Assembly: GCA_036396955.1 (NCBI GenBank)
Contig: DASWJW010000075.1
Location: 1 to 51,273 of the forward strand
Length of the DNA: 51,273 bases
DNA from: Planctomycetota bacterium
GTDB taxonomy: Bacteria > Planctomycetota > UBA1135
Direction: 5' to 3'
Shown here piece after piece: positions 9,109 through 18,021 of the stretch. The notes beneath the pieces were generated by a model. It ran no database searches and was not told the DNA's origin. It saw nothing but the letters and a program-made list of their open reading frames with translations. Every line of letters starts with the position of its first letter. Position 1 is the stretch's first letter. Made by a program: the position numbers and the translations under genes.

Positions 9109-10854
9109 TCAGGCGCCACTGCGCCCGTCGGCTGCGGGCAACGGCTGGCCCGCCTGCCAGCCGGCGTTGTGCAGCAGCGTGAGCAACGCGAGCACGGCCG
9201 GGCGCTGCGCGTGGCTCAAGAGCAGCAGCAGGTCGCCGCGCGCGGCCCACGACAACGCGGCGCGCGCGGCGGCGAGTTCGGAATCGCAGCGTTGCACGGC
9301 CTGCGGCGGCAGGCCGCTCGCGCACAACTCTTCATGGAGCAGCTGCACCACTTCGCCCGCGATGCGGCCGCGCTGGTATTCGGCCATTTCCTTCAGGAAC
9401 ACGCGGTCGGGCGCCGCGCGCACGGCGACCTGCGCCAGGGCGCGGATGGCGGCGTCGTCGCGGTCGCCGGCCTGGCCGAGGATCAAGGCGCGCCGTTGCG
9501 CCGGCAGCGCGGCGACCAGGTCCATGAGCGGCTCCATGGCGTGGGGGTTGTGCGCGAAATCGACCAGGACCCGCACTCCGCCGAGCTCGAATTCGTTCAA
9601 GCGGCCGGGGTTCTCCTCGGCGCTGTTCGCAAAGCTCCGCAGGCCCGCGCGGACGGCGTCGAGCGACAGGCCGAGCGCGGAAGCCACCGCGACGGCGGCC
9701 GCGGCGTTGGCTACGTTGTGCCGCGCCGCCCCGCCGAGCGTGGCCGGGATTTCGGCGACGGGCAGCACCGTTTCCCGACCGGCGGCGCCGTGGCGCACCA
9801 GCTCGCCGTCGTCGAGCACGCACGCCTCGGCGCCGGCGGCCAGGCGTTCGCGCAAGCCCGGGGCCGCTGGATCGAGGCCGAACCAGCCGACCGCCAGGTC
9901 GGGCGACAACGCGCGTTCGCGCAGCACCTCGTCGTCGGCGTTCAGGACCAGGTGCCGGGCCACGCGCGCGACCACGAACTTGGCGTCGGCCAGGCCTTGG
10001 AGGTCGCCGACCCCGAACTCGCCGAGGTGGTCCTCGGCGATGTTGGTGATCAGCGCGACCTCGGCGCGCTGCACCGCCAGACCGCGCCGCAACATGCCCC
10101 CGCGCGCGGTTTCGAGCACCGCCATCTCGACCCGCGGATCGCGCAGCACGCGCCGCGCGCCGCCGGGGCCCGACCAGTCGCCGGTGGCGACGATCTCGTC
10201 GCCGACGCCGATCCAGTCGGTGGTCGAGACTCCGGCGACCAGCCCGGCGGCGCGGATCATCGCGCGCAAGAGCCGCACGGTGGTGGTCTTGCCGTTGGTT
10301 CCCGTGACCAGCGCGACCGGCACGTCGTGGATCCGCTCCCAGTCGACTGCCTCCGGCGCCGGCAGATCGCCGGCCGGCCAGCAGCGCGCGCCGGTGCCCA
10401 GGCCCACGGAAACATGCTCGTCGTCGCTCGAGAAGGCGACGTCGCGGCACTCCGCGGCGCGCTCGAGCGTCCGCAACGCCGGGTTCGATTCCGCCTCGAT
10501 GAGAGCGCGCAGATGCGTCGCGGCCTGGTCGAAGGACGGCTCTTCCGTGCCGTCCAGACGGGCGGCAGCGGCGGCGACCGCCCATTCGTTGACCTCGGTC
10601 GCGGCGTAGAGCGCGTCGCGCGGCGCCGCGAAGCCGACGCTCGCCCCGCCGGCGAAGACGCGCACCCACAATGGCTCCTCCGCCCAGCCGACCGCGGCAA
10701 GGATCCGGCGCACACATTCCCGCCAGGCCGCGATCACGGCCCCGGCGTCGGCATCCGCCAGCCCCAGGTCCGCGACCGCCCCCGCCCGGTCCCCCAGGAG
10801 GTTCGGGCCGGTCAAGCGACGGCTGTCGCGCAGTTCGAGGCGCGCGGGTTTCAG
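9109..10854 (-). CDS. cyanophycin-synthetase paralogue with N-domain plus Mur-ligase-like M-domain, no ATP-grasp domain
   Basis: The N-terminus RLTGPNLL resembles a CphA N-terminus. The M-domain reads VALVTGTNGKTTTVRLL...VLETARGGMLRRGL...ITNIAEDHLG...LNADD and parallels the M-domain of the adjacent cphA (ITGTNGKTTTARMV...VLETARGGLLRRGL...LNADD). There is no ATG or GTG near the expected start. The candidates are CTG 10854 (overlapping the cphA TGA as CTGA), CTG 10833 and TTG 10815. Confidence 0.78.
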   Translation of the reverse strand: MKPARLELRDSRRLTGPNLLGDRAGAVADLGLADADAGAVIAAWRECVRRILAAVGWAEEPLWVRVFAGGASVGFAAPRDALYAATEVNEWAVAAAAARLDGTEEPSFDQAATHLRALIEAESNPALRTLERAAECRDVAFSSDDEHVSVGLGTGARCWPAGDLPAPEAVDWERIHDVPVALVTGTNGKTTTVRLLRAMIRAAGLVAGVSTTDWIGVGDEIVATGDWSGPGGARRVLRDPRVEMAVLETARGGMLRRGLAVQRAEVALITNIAEDHLGEFGVGDLQGLADAKFVVARVARHLVLNADDEVLRERALSPDLAVGWFGLDPAAPGLRERLAAGAEACVLDDGELVRHGAAGRETVLPVAEIPATLGGAARHNVANAAAAVAVASALGLSLDAVRAGLRSFANSAEENPGRLNEFELGGVRVLVDFAHNPHAMEPLMDLVAALPAQRRALILGQAGDRDDAAIRALAQVAVRAAPDRVFLKEMAEYQRGRIAGEVVQLLHEELCASGLPPQAVQRCDSELAAARAALSWAARGDLLLLLSHAQRPAVLALLTLLHNAGWQAGQPLPAADGRSGA

Positions 10855-13643
10855 TCTTCGATCTCGCGGGCGAGCCGCACGCCCCGCTCGTCGCGGATGA
10901 GCTGGTCGCCGGCGCCGAGTTCGAGTTCGGACTCGGGCAAGGCCGGCAGGTCCATGGGCGGGGCCCCCGCCGGCCGCGCCGCGGCCGCGCCGGCCTGGTC
11001 GGGCGCGAACTCGGTGATCTGCTTCCAGCAACGCTTGACGTTGTCGCCGAAAGCGAGCAACAGGTCGTCGGTGCGCGCGAGCCGCAGCGCGGTGCCGAGC
11101 GCCTCGACTTCGTCGGGGATCATCTGGATCCGCTCCTGCGGGACTCCGCACTCCAGGAGCGTCGCTTCGAGCATGCGCGGGACCTCGTCCAGGCCGCGGC
11201 CGCGCGGATGGTCGTCGCGGCGCACCACGTAGTGGTCGAAGTGCCCGGCGCAGTGCCTGGCGATATCGCGGACGTCCTGGTCGCGGCGGTCGCCCGGGGC
11301 CGCCAGGACCACCAACTTGCGGCCTTCGACGTCCAGGTTGTCGACCAGCTTGACCATCGCCTCGACCGCCGCCGGGTTGTGGCCGTAGTCGAGGATCACC
11401 TTGAAAGGATGGTCGTGGAACACGTTCATCCGCCCGGGCGCCTGGAAGAAGCTCGTGTCGAACGTGCGCAGGCCGTGGCGGATCTCCTCGAGCTTGACTC
11501 CCATGCTGAAACACACCGCTGCCGCGAACATCGCGTTCTGGACGTTGTGCATGGCGCGCCCTTCGAGGGTGGCCGGGATCAAGTGGGTCCACAACAAGGG
11601 GATGTGCTGGCCCTTGTCGTAGATCGTGATCATGTGGCCGCCCATCCCTTCTTCGAGCGCGACTGCGCGGCCGCCGGCGCGGATGTGCTCGCGCACCAGC
11701 GAGTGGTTCGGGTTCCTCGTCACGTAGCAGAGATGCTCGGCCTGCGTGTAGTCGGCCATCTTGAGGCACAACTCGTCGTCGGCGTTGAGCACCGCGGTGT
11801 CCTTGGCCACTTCGACCACGATCCGTTTGACCTTGGCGAGGTCTTCGAGCGTCTCGACGCCGCGCAAGCCCAGGTGGTCGGCCTGCACGTTGAGGACCGC
11901 GCCGACGTTGCAGCGCTTGTACCCCAGTCCGCGGCGCAGCAGGCCGCCGCGCGCGGTCTCGAGGACCGCGACGTCCACCGAGGGATCGCGCAGCACCATG
12001 CGCGCGGCGAGCGGACCGGTCAGGTCGCCTTCGACCGTCGCGTGGCCGTCGACGTAGACCGCGTCGGTGGTCGCCAGGCCGACGTGGCTGCCGGACATCT
12101 TGAACACGTGCGCGACCATCCGCGCGGTGGTGGTCTTGCCGTTGGTGCCCGTGATCGATGCGATGGGGATCCGCGTGGGCGAACCGGGCGGGAACAGCAT
12201 GTCGATCACCGGACCGGCGACGTCGCGCGGCGTGCCTTCGCTGGGCGCCACGTGCATGCGGAAACCCGGTGCGGCGTTGACCTCGCAGATCGCGCCGTGG
12301 GTCTCCTTGAACGAGCGCGTGATGTCGGTGGTCAGGAAATCGACGCCCGCGACGTCCAGGCCGATCGCCTTGGCGGCGCGCACGGCCATCTCACGGTTGT
12401 CGGGGTGCACTTCGTCGGTCACGTCGACCGCGGTGCCGCCGGTCGACAAGTTGCCGGTCGAGCGCAGGTACAGCAGGTCGCCCTTCTCGAGCACGGTCTT
12501 GTCGGTCACGCCGCGCAGCGCCATGAGCCGGTGCGCCTGGTGGTCGAATTCGAGGCGGGTAAGCACCTTCTCGTGGCCGATGCCGCGGCGCGGGTCGGCG
12601 TTGACCAGCGCGACCAGTTCTTCGACGTCGTGCTCGCCGTCGCCGACCACGTGGCCGGGGACGCGTTTCGACGCCGCGACGAGCGCGCCGTCGACCACCA
12701 GCAGCCGGTGGTCGAGGCCCTCGATGAAGCTCTCGACCAGCACCGTGCGGCTGTGCTCGCGGGCCTGGTCGAAGGCCGCGCGCACCGCATCGGCGTCGTT
12801 CAGGTGGGTCGACACGCCGCGGCCATGGTTGGCGTTGAGTGGCTTGACCACGACCGGCCAGCCGATCCGCTCGGCGGCGCGCACGGCTTCGCCGGCGTCG
12901 TCGACGATCGCCTGCCGCGCCACCGGCAGGCCCAGGTCGCCGAGCAGCTTGTTGGTCTCTTCCTTGTCCGAAGCGATTTCCACGGCGATGTGCCGCGTCT
13001 CGCTGGTCACCGTCGCCTGGATGCGCTTGCCGTACTTGCCGTGCCCGAACTGCACCAGGCTGTAGCGGTTGAGCCGCAGCCAGGGGATGCCGCGCGCATC
13101 GGCGGCCTTGACCAGCGCCGCGGTGCTCGGCCCCAGTGCGCGCCGCTGCGCGAAGCGGATGAAGGAATCGCGCTCGGCCGCGAAATCGAAGCCGTCTTCG
13201 CGGTCCTGCTCGAGCGGGACTTCCGCCGGCAGCAGGCTGTGCAGGAAGCGCAGCGCCAGGCGGCCGGCCTCGAGCCCGACTTCGTCGTGCTCGTACTCGT
13301 AGACCACGTCGTACTCGCCGGGCCGCCCGGTGCCGCGGGTCTTGCCGAAGGTGACGTCGGCGCCGGCCACGTTCTGCAGCTCGATCGCGACGTGCTCGAG
13401 CACGTGGCTGAGCCAGGTGCCTTCGTCCTCGCCGAGACGGCGCACGAAACCGCCGGGTTCGCCGTAGGAGCAGCCGTGTTCACGCAAGCCGGGCAGGTGC
13501 TCGAGCAGCGCAGCGGTGAACCCGCTGCCGAGCCTGGCGGTGGGCCATTCTTCGAGGACGCCCAGGTCGAGGACCTGGCGGATGACCCGGAAGTGCGCAT
13601 ACAGACTCGGGCCGAGATAGACCGATCTGGAGAGGACTTTCAC
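10851..13643 (-). CDS. cphA: cyanophycin synthetase (N, ATP-grasp G and Mur-ligase-like M domains)
   Basis: 930-aa ORF. The N-domain is MKVLSRSVYLGPSLYAHF. An ATP-grasp region follows (VVVKPLNANHGRGV...GLDHRLLVV...NLSTGGTAVDVT...). The M-domain contains GTNGKTTT. The GTG start overlaps the cyanophycinase stop (GTGA at 13640-13643). Confidence 0.92.
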   Translation of the reverse strand: MKVLSRSVYLGPSLYAHFRVIRQVLDLGVLEEWPTARLGSGFTAALLEHLPGLREHGCSYGEPGGFVRRLGEDEGTWLSHVLEHVAIELQNVAGADVTFGKTRGTGRPGEYDVVYEYEHDEVGLEAGRLALRFLHSLLPAEVPLEQDREDGFDFAAERDSFIRFAQRRALGPSTAALVKAADARGIPWLRLNRYSLVQFGHGKYGKRIQATVTSETRHIAVEIASDKEETNKLLGDLGLPVARQAIVDDAGEAVRAAERIGWPVVVKPLNANHGRGVSTHLNDADAVRAAFDQAREHSRTVLVESFIEGLDHRLLVVDGALVAASKRVPGHVVGDGEHDVEELVALVNADPRRGIGHEKVLTRLEFDHQAHRLMALRGVTDKTVLEKGDLLYLRSTGNLSTGGTAVDVTDEVHPDNREMAVRAAKAIGLDVAGVDFLTTDITRSFKETHGAICEVNAAPGFRMHVAPSEGTPRDVAGPVIDMLFPPGSPTRIPIASITGTNGKTTTARMVAHVFKMSGSHVGLATTDAVYVDGHATVEGDLTGPLAARMVLRDPSVDVAVLETARGGLLRRGLGYKRCNVGAVLNVQADHLGLRGVETLEDLAKVKRIVVEVAKDTAVLNADDELCLKMADYTQAEHLCYVTRNPNHSLVREHIRAGGRAVALEEGMGGHMITIYDKGQHIPLLWTHLIPATLEGRAMHNVQNAMFAAAVCFSMGVKLEEIRHGLRTFDTSFFQAPGRMNVFHDHPFKVILDYGHNPAAVEAMVKLVDNLDVEGRKLVVLAAPGDRRDQDVRDIARHCAGHFDHYVVRRDDHPRGRGLDEVPRMLEATLLECGVPQERIQMIPDEVEALGTALRLARTDDLLLAFGDNVKRCWKQITEFAPDQAGAAAARPAGAPPMDLPALPESELELGAGDQLIRDERGVRLAREIED

Positions 13644-14461
13644 GACCGGTTCCGGCTGGTGATCCGGGCCACGCTCGCCACTCGCGTCTCGATGTTGTAG
13701 GTCGCCCCCGCGGTGAGCACGTGCAGCCGGACGCCGATCACGCAGACCGGCTCGTGCGGCCGCGCCGAGTCCATGGACGAATACTCGATCTCGCTGGGGT
13801 CGACGATCGTGATCGCGCCGCTGCCCACCACCTCGAGTTCCTGGTCGGGTGCGATGAACGCCGCGGTGTCCTCGTCGAGGCCGATCCCGATCGGCCGCGG
13901 GTTGTACGCCAGCGCGGTGAGCAGTCGGCCCAGGCGGTCGCGCTGGCGGAAGTGCTGGTCGACGATCGCCTGCTTGGTCAGGCCGAGTCCGGGCGCCAGG
14001 GTCACCATGTCGCTGCGCGGAGTCGAGCCCTCGTCGCCGAACGCGATCATGTGCTCGGACAGGAACGAAGCCCCCGCCGAGGTTCCGGCGACGTGCAGGC
14101 CTTCTTCGGCGTGGCGGCGGCGCAGCAGGTCGGCGACCGGCGTGCCGCCGAGCGTGGTCGACAGGCGCAGCTGGTTGCCGCCGGTCAGGAAGACGCCGTC
14201 GGCGCGCTCCAGCCTGTCGAGCCAGTCTTCGCGTTCGCAGTCGGAGCGTTCTTCGAAGCCGAGGCTGCGCACGCGGCTCACGCCGAGCGTCTTGAAGACC
14301 TCTTCGTAGGCCCGGCCGGTCTCCGGCAGCTGGGAGGCGGTCGGAATGATCGCGATGCGCGCCTGGTCGCCGCCGCAGAGCTTGGCGAAACGGCCGAGAA
14401 TGGCGGCGTCGCGGACTTTTTCCTCCGCGCCGCCGATGGGAACGATGTAGCCCTGCGTCAC
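13640..14461 (-). CDS. cphB: cyanophycinase (peptidase S51), no signal peptide so intracellular type
   Basis: VTQGYIVPIGGAEEK...IIPTAS...VFLTGGNQLRL...VAGTSAGASFLSEHMI...DQHFRQRDRLGRLL matches the S51 cyanophycinase pattern, including the GTSAGA nucleophile motif. The GTG start at 14461 overlaps the iadA TGA (GTGA). Confidence 0.9.
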   Translation of the reverse strand: MTQGYIVPIGGAEEKVRDAAILGRFAKLCGGDQARIAIIPTASQLPETGRAYEEVFKTLGVSRVRSLGFEERSDCEREDWLDRLERADGVFLTGGNQLRLSTTLGGTPVADLLRRRHAEEGLHVAGTSAGASFLSEHMIAFGDEGSTPRSDMVTLAPGLGLTKQAIVDQHFRQRDRLGRLLTALAYNPRPIGIGLDEDTAAFIAPDQELEVVGSGAITIVDPSEIEYSSMDSARPHEPVCVIGVRLHVLTAGATYNIETRVASVARITSRNRS

Positions 14462-15669
14462 TGTCTGGTCTCCCGTTGCGGCCGTGCGGCCGCGGCGGCC
14501 GACGCGCCGGTTTCGAAACTGCCGAGCACGCAGCTCTCGCCGCCGCGCAGGTGCCAGCGCCCGCGCACCATCACGTCCCGCGCCAGACCGTCCGCGTCGA
14601 GGACCACCAGGTCGGCGTCGGCGCCGACGCCGATGCGGCCCTTGCCGGCCAGCCGCAGCAGCTTGGCGGGGTTGGCCGTGTAGGCGGGAAGAACCTGCTC
14701 CAAGTCCAGTCCGTCGTGCAGCAGTTCGGCGAGCGATTCGCCGAGCGCCGCCGGCCGGCCCACCGCCATGCGGGTCACGCGGCCGTCGGCGTCGAATTCG
14801 GGCAGGCAGCCGCCGCCGTCCGAGCTGACCGTGACTCGGTCGGCCGGCAGGCCGGCGTCGAAGTAGCGCCGCAGCGCCGCGCTGGCGCTCCAGGCGTCTT
14901 CGCCGGGGCCGACGGGGAAAGCCGTCAAGTCGATCGTGCAGCCCCGTTCGACGAGTTCGAGCGCTTCGTCGAACAAGGCCTTGCGGCGGTTGACGTGGGT
15001 GGGGTGGAAGATCCGTGCCGGCAGCTCGCTGCCCTCCAGCGCCGCATGCACCATCGCCAGCCCGCGCTCGCCATCGCCGAGGTGCAGGTGCAGGACGCCG
15101 GCCTTGCCGCTCATCAGGCCGCCGACGTGGCACTCGGCGGCGACGTGCAGGAACTGCTCGAGCGTCGGCTGGCTGGAGCGGTGGTCGCTGAGCGCGAGTT
15201 CGCCGACGCCGAGGATGCGGTCGACGTGCACCAGGTCGCCGCGCACGCTGCCGGTGAGCGTTGCCGGGGGCACGTGGTAGCCGCCGGTCCAGCACCAGGC
15301 GTTGAGGCCTTCGGCTTCGAGGCCGCGGCAAGTGGCGACCAGCTCGCCGGGAGTGTGCACCAGGTCGTCGGTGCCGAGCAGGCCGATCACCGTGGTGGTG
15401 CCGCCGCGGGTGAACTGCGAAATCGGCAGCGGCGGCACCCGCGTCGCGGGGCCGGCCTCGCCCCCGCCGCCGGTCGGATGCGCATGGCAGTCGATCAAGC
15501 CGGGAATCAGCCGCCGGCCGCCAAGATCGATTCGCTCGTCCACCAGGTCGCCTGGCAGGCGCAGCTCCTCCTTGCCCATCCAGACGACTTGTCCCCCGCA
15601 AACGGCGAGACAGCGGCGACCGAGGGAATTCGGGGCGAAGACCTCGGTGTCGACGAGCAGCGTGATCAC
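14458..15669 (-). CDS. iadA: isoaspartyl dipeptidase (amidohydrolase superfamily)
   Basis: PGLIDCHAHPTGGGGEAG...GTTTVIGLLGTD...GELALSDHRSS...LHLHLGDG...FHPTHVNR...SSDGGG matches the IadA pattern. The start is placed at GTG 15669 (VITLLVDTEVFAP). The track ORF begins 25 codons further upstream. Confidence 0.85.
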   Translation of the reverse strand: MITLLVDTEVFAPNSLGRRCLAVCGGQVVWMGKEELRLPGDLVDERIDLGGRRLIPGLIDCHAHPTGGGGEAGPATRVPPLPISQFTRGGTTTVIGLLGTDDLVHTPGELVATCRGLEAEGLNAWCWTGGYHVPPATLTGSVRGDLVHVDRILGVGELALSDHRSSQPTLEQFLHVAAECHVGGLMSGKAGVLHLHLGDGERGLAMVHAALEGSELPARIFHPTHVNRRKALFDEALELVERGCTIDLTAFPVGPGEDAWSASAALRRYFDAGLPADRVTVSSDGGGCLPEFDADGRVTRMAVGRPAALGESLAELLHDGLDLEQVLPAYTANPAKLLRLAGKGRIGVGADADLVVLDADGLARDVMVRGRWHLRGGESCVLGSFETGASAAAAARPQRETRQ

Positions 15670-15778
15670 GTTCTTGGGGGGGAGGACGGGTCGGGGGATT
15701 GCGCGAGTCGAATTCGGCCTGAAGCGGTCCGCAGCGCCCCGCATTCTAGCCGATGGCAGGCAGGAAGCCCTGCCCGGG

Positions 15779-16162
15779 CTACTTGGCGGACAACCCGTCG
15801 AGTACGCCTTGTAGTACCGCGTTGAGTTCGGGGTCCTTGAGGATCCGCATCATCTGCCGCTGCAGCTTGGCCATCGCCCGCGGCAGGTCCACGCCCATCG
15901 TCAGTTCCATCAGTTCGTCCGGAGTGGGCAGCTCGACCTTGGTCATCCGCTCTTGGAGATCGCGGAGCCGCGCGCCGAGTTCTTCGAGCTCGGCCTTGGC
16001 CTACTCGGCCGCCGCCACGTCGTCGACGCCGGCCAAGGTGTCGGCGACCTCTTCGAGCACGGCGAGGGTTTCTTCGGTGACCGACCGATAGGAGTCGCCT
16101 CCGCACGCAAGCGGCGCCAAGGTCGCGAGAAGGGCCAGGGAGAGTGGGAGAATGTGGTGCAT
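15779..16162 (-). pseudogene. small lipoprotein paralogue P2 interrupted by an in-frame TAG (16001-16003)
   Basis: MHHILPLSLALLATLAPLACGG (lipobox) ...VDDVAAAE-TAG-AKAELEELGARLRDLQERM...KLQRQMMRILKDPELNAVLQGVLDGLSAK-TAG. The reading frame is continuous across the TAG. The total length of 128 codons is identical to P1. By hand count roughly 50 of 127 positions are identical to P1, without gaps, including positions after the stop. Confidence 0.55.
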
Positions 16163-16191
16163 GGGGAATCGCGCGCGCAAGAGGATCTTCA

Positions 16192-16659
16192 CTACGCCGG
16201 CGCGAATCCGCCGGTGCGGATGCCGACGCCGACGATCACGAACAAGACCGACAAAATGGTGACGGGGACGACGTGCCAGGCAAGGGTGCGCAGGCCCGTC
16301 GCGTCGAGCCCGGGGAGCACGCGCAGGCGGGCGCTCAGGGCCAGGCCGACGGTGGCGGCGAGCAGCGCGAGCTTGACCAGCAAGAGCGTCCCGACGGGGT
16401 CTTCGAACGAGACCCAGTCCGCGAAATCAGGGCGGTGGTGCAGCGCCAGGACGAAACCGGAGAGCACCTGCACCAGCAGGGCGGGCATGCCGATCCGCTC
16501 GTAGCCGGACTCGAAGCGCAGCACGGCCACGACATCCCGCTCCCGCAGCGCCCGGGGCAGGATGGTGGTGGCCAGGACGAGGTGCCCCCCCGTCCACACG
16601 GTGGCGGCGAGCACGTGGATGACGATGAGCGCGTGGATCAACGAAGCCAACGGTACCAG
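16192..16659 (-). CDS. CopD-like integral membrane protein (about 4 TM)
   Basis: C-terminal part of track ORF 16192..17910: LASLIHALIVIHVLAATVWTGGHLVL...MPALLVQVLSGFVLAL...LLLVKLALLAATVGLAL...VVPVTILSVLFVIVGV. A consensus SD, AAGGAGG (16668-16674), lies 8 nt upstream of CTG 16659. TTG 16650 is the alternative start. No ATG or GTG is available. Confidence 0.55.
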   Translation of the reverse strand: MVPLASLIHALIVIHVLAATVWTGGHLVLATTILPRALRERDVVAVLRFESGYERIGMPALLVQVLSGFVLALHHRPDFADWVSFEDPVGTLLLVKLALLAATVGLALSARLRVLPGLDATGLRTLAWHVVPVTILSVLFVIVGVGIRTGGFAPA

Positions 16660-16728
16660 CGGCGCCGCCTCCTTAGAGTGGGACGGCCGACCTCCGGCCC
16701 CCGAACCCTTGCCCCCATTGGGAGAGTC

Positions 16729-18021
16729 ATGCGAGAGCGCGCGATCGATCGACGGCAATTCGTGAAAGCGGCGGGCGCCGGCCTGGCCGCGCCCTTCGTC
16801 CTCCGCAACCCCGCTTCGTTGCGGCGGACCCCGGCCAACGAGACGCTGGGCCTCGGCATCATCGGCATGGGCATCCGCGCGCGGAACGTGATGAACGGCT
16901 TCTTGCTCAACGACGCACGCGTGCGGATCCTCGCGGTGTGCGAGGTCGACGGCACCCGCCGCGAGCACTACCGGGGCGAGATCGACAAGCACTACGGCAA
17001 CGCGGACTGCGCGGCGTACGTCGACTACGGCGACCTCCTGGCGCGCGACGACATCGACGCGGTGGTGATCACCACGCCCGACCACTGGCACGTCACCCAG
17101 GCGATCCACGCCGCGCAGGCCGGCAAGGACGTCTACTGCGAGAAACCGCTCACCCACACCCTGCGCGAGGGCAGGCGGTTGATCGAGGCGGTGGCCAAGC
17201 ACGGCACGGTGTTCCAGACCGGCAGCCAGCAGCGCAGCGAGTACGGACACCGTTTCGTGAAAGCGGTCGAGTTCATCCGCAACGGCGGGATCGGCAAGCT
17301 GCTGACCGTGCACGTTGGCGTCGGAGATCCGACCCGGATCTGCGAACTGCCCGCGGAGGACCTCGAGCCCGGCCTCGACTGGGAACGCTGGCAGGGCCCG
17401 GTGCCGGCGCGCCCCTACCACAGCGACTTGAGCCCGCGCGGCGTGCACGGCCACTACCCCGACTGGCGCGCCTACGGCGAATACTGCGGCGGCTACCTCG
17501 CCGACATGGGCGCGCACCATTTCGACATCGCGCAGTGGGCCTTGGACGCCGACAGCAGCGGCCCGATCGGGGTCTCCCTGCCGCGCGACGGCGACCGCAA
17601 GCGCGGCGCGACGCTCCACTACGCCAACGGCGTCGACGTGGTGCACGGCGGCCCCAACGGCGCCACTTTCATCGGCACGAACGGCATGGTGGCGGTCGAC
17701 CGCGGCCGCTTGTCCGCCGTCCCAGGCCACGACTTCGACGCCCCCGCCGAAGCCGGCGCCGAACCGCTCGCCTTCACACTGCCGCGCAACGTCTCGCACG
17801 TCGACGACTGGATCCAATGCATCCACTCGCGCGCGACGCCGATCTGCAGCGCCGAGATCGGCGCGCGCACGGCGGCGGTGTGCCAGCTGCTCAATCTCGC
17901 GTACCGCCACGGCCGTTCGTTCCAGTGGGACCCCGTCGCCTGGAAGTTCGAAGGCGAGAACCTGCCGGCCGGGCTGATGGACTACCAGCGCCGCGACGCT
18001 TTCCCCCTGCCGCGGGGCTGA
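16729..18021 (+). CDS. Gfo/Idh/MocA family oxidoreductase with twin-arginine (Tat) signal
   Basis: MRERAIDRRQFVKAAGAGLAAPFVL is a Tat motif. It is followed by a Rossmann segment (LGIIGMGIRARN...) and by DAVVITTPDHWH and YCEKPL. GGAGAG lies upstream of ATG 16729. Confidence 0.9.
   Translation: MRERAIDRRQFVKAAGAGLAAPFVLRNPASLRRTPANETLGLGIIGMGIRARNVMNGFLLNDARVRILAVCEVDGTRREHYRGEIDKHYGNADCAAYVDYGDLLARDDIDAVVITTPDHWHVTQAIHAAQAGKDVYCEKPLTHTLREGRRLIEAVAKHGTVFQTGSQQRSEYGHRFVKAVEFIRNGGIGKLLTVHVGVGDPTRICELPAEDLEPGLDWERWQGPVPARPYHSDLSPRGVHGHYPDWRAYGEYCGGYLADMGAHHFDIAQWALDADSSGPIGVSLPRDGDRKRGATLHYANGVDVVHGGPNGATFIGTNGMVAVDRGRLSAVPGHDFDAPAEAGAEPLAFTLPRNVSHVDDWIQCIHSRATPICSAEIGARTAAVCQLLNLAYRHGRSFQWDPVAWKFEGENLPAGLMDYQRRDAFPLPRG

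Noticed and set aside
10481-10495. GGGTTCGATTCCGCC, a tRNA T-loop-like sequence.
   Set aside because: The flanking bases do not form a T-stem (CCGGG versus CCGCC mismatches) and no acceptor or anticodon arms are evident. It lies inside the cphA-paralogue coding region.
15743-15748. TAGAAT (minus strand) upstream of iadA, as a -10 box for the cyanophycin operon.
   Set aside because: No acceptable -35 lies at 16-18 nt, and TTCCTG is only 12 nt away. It was kept as a note only.
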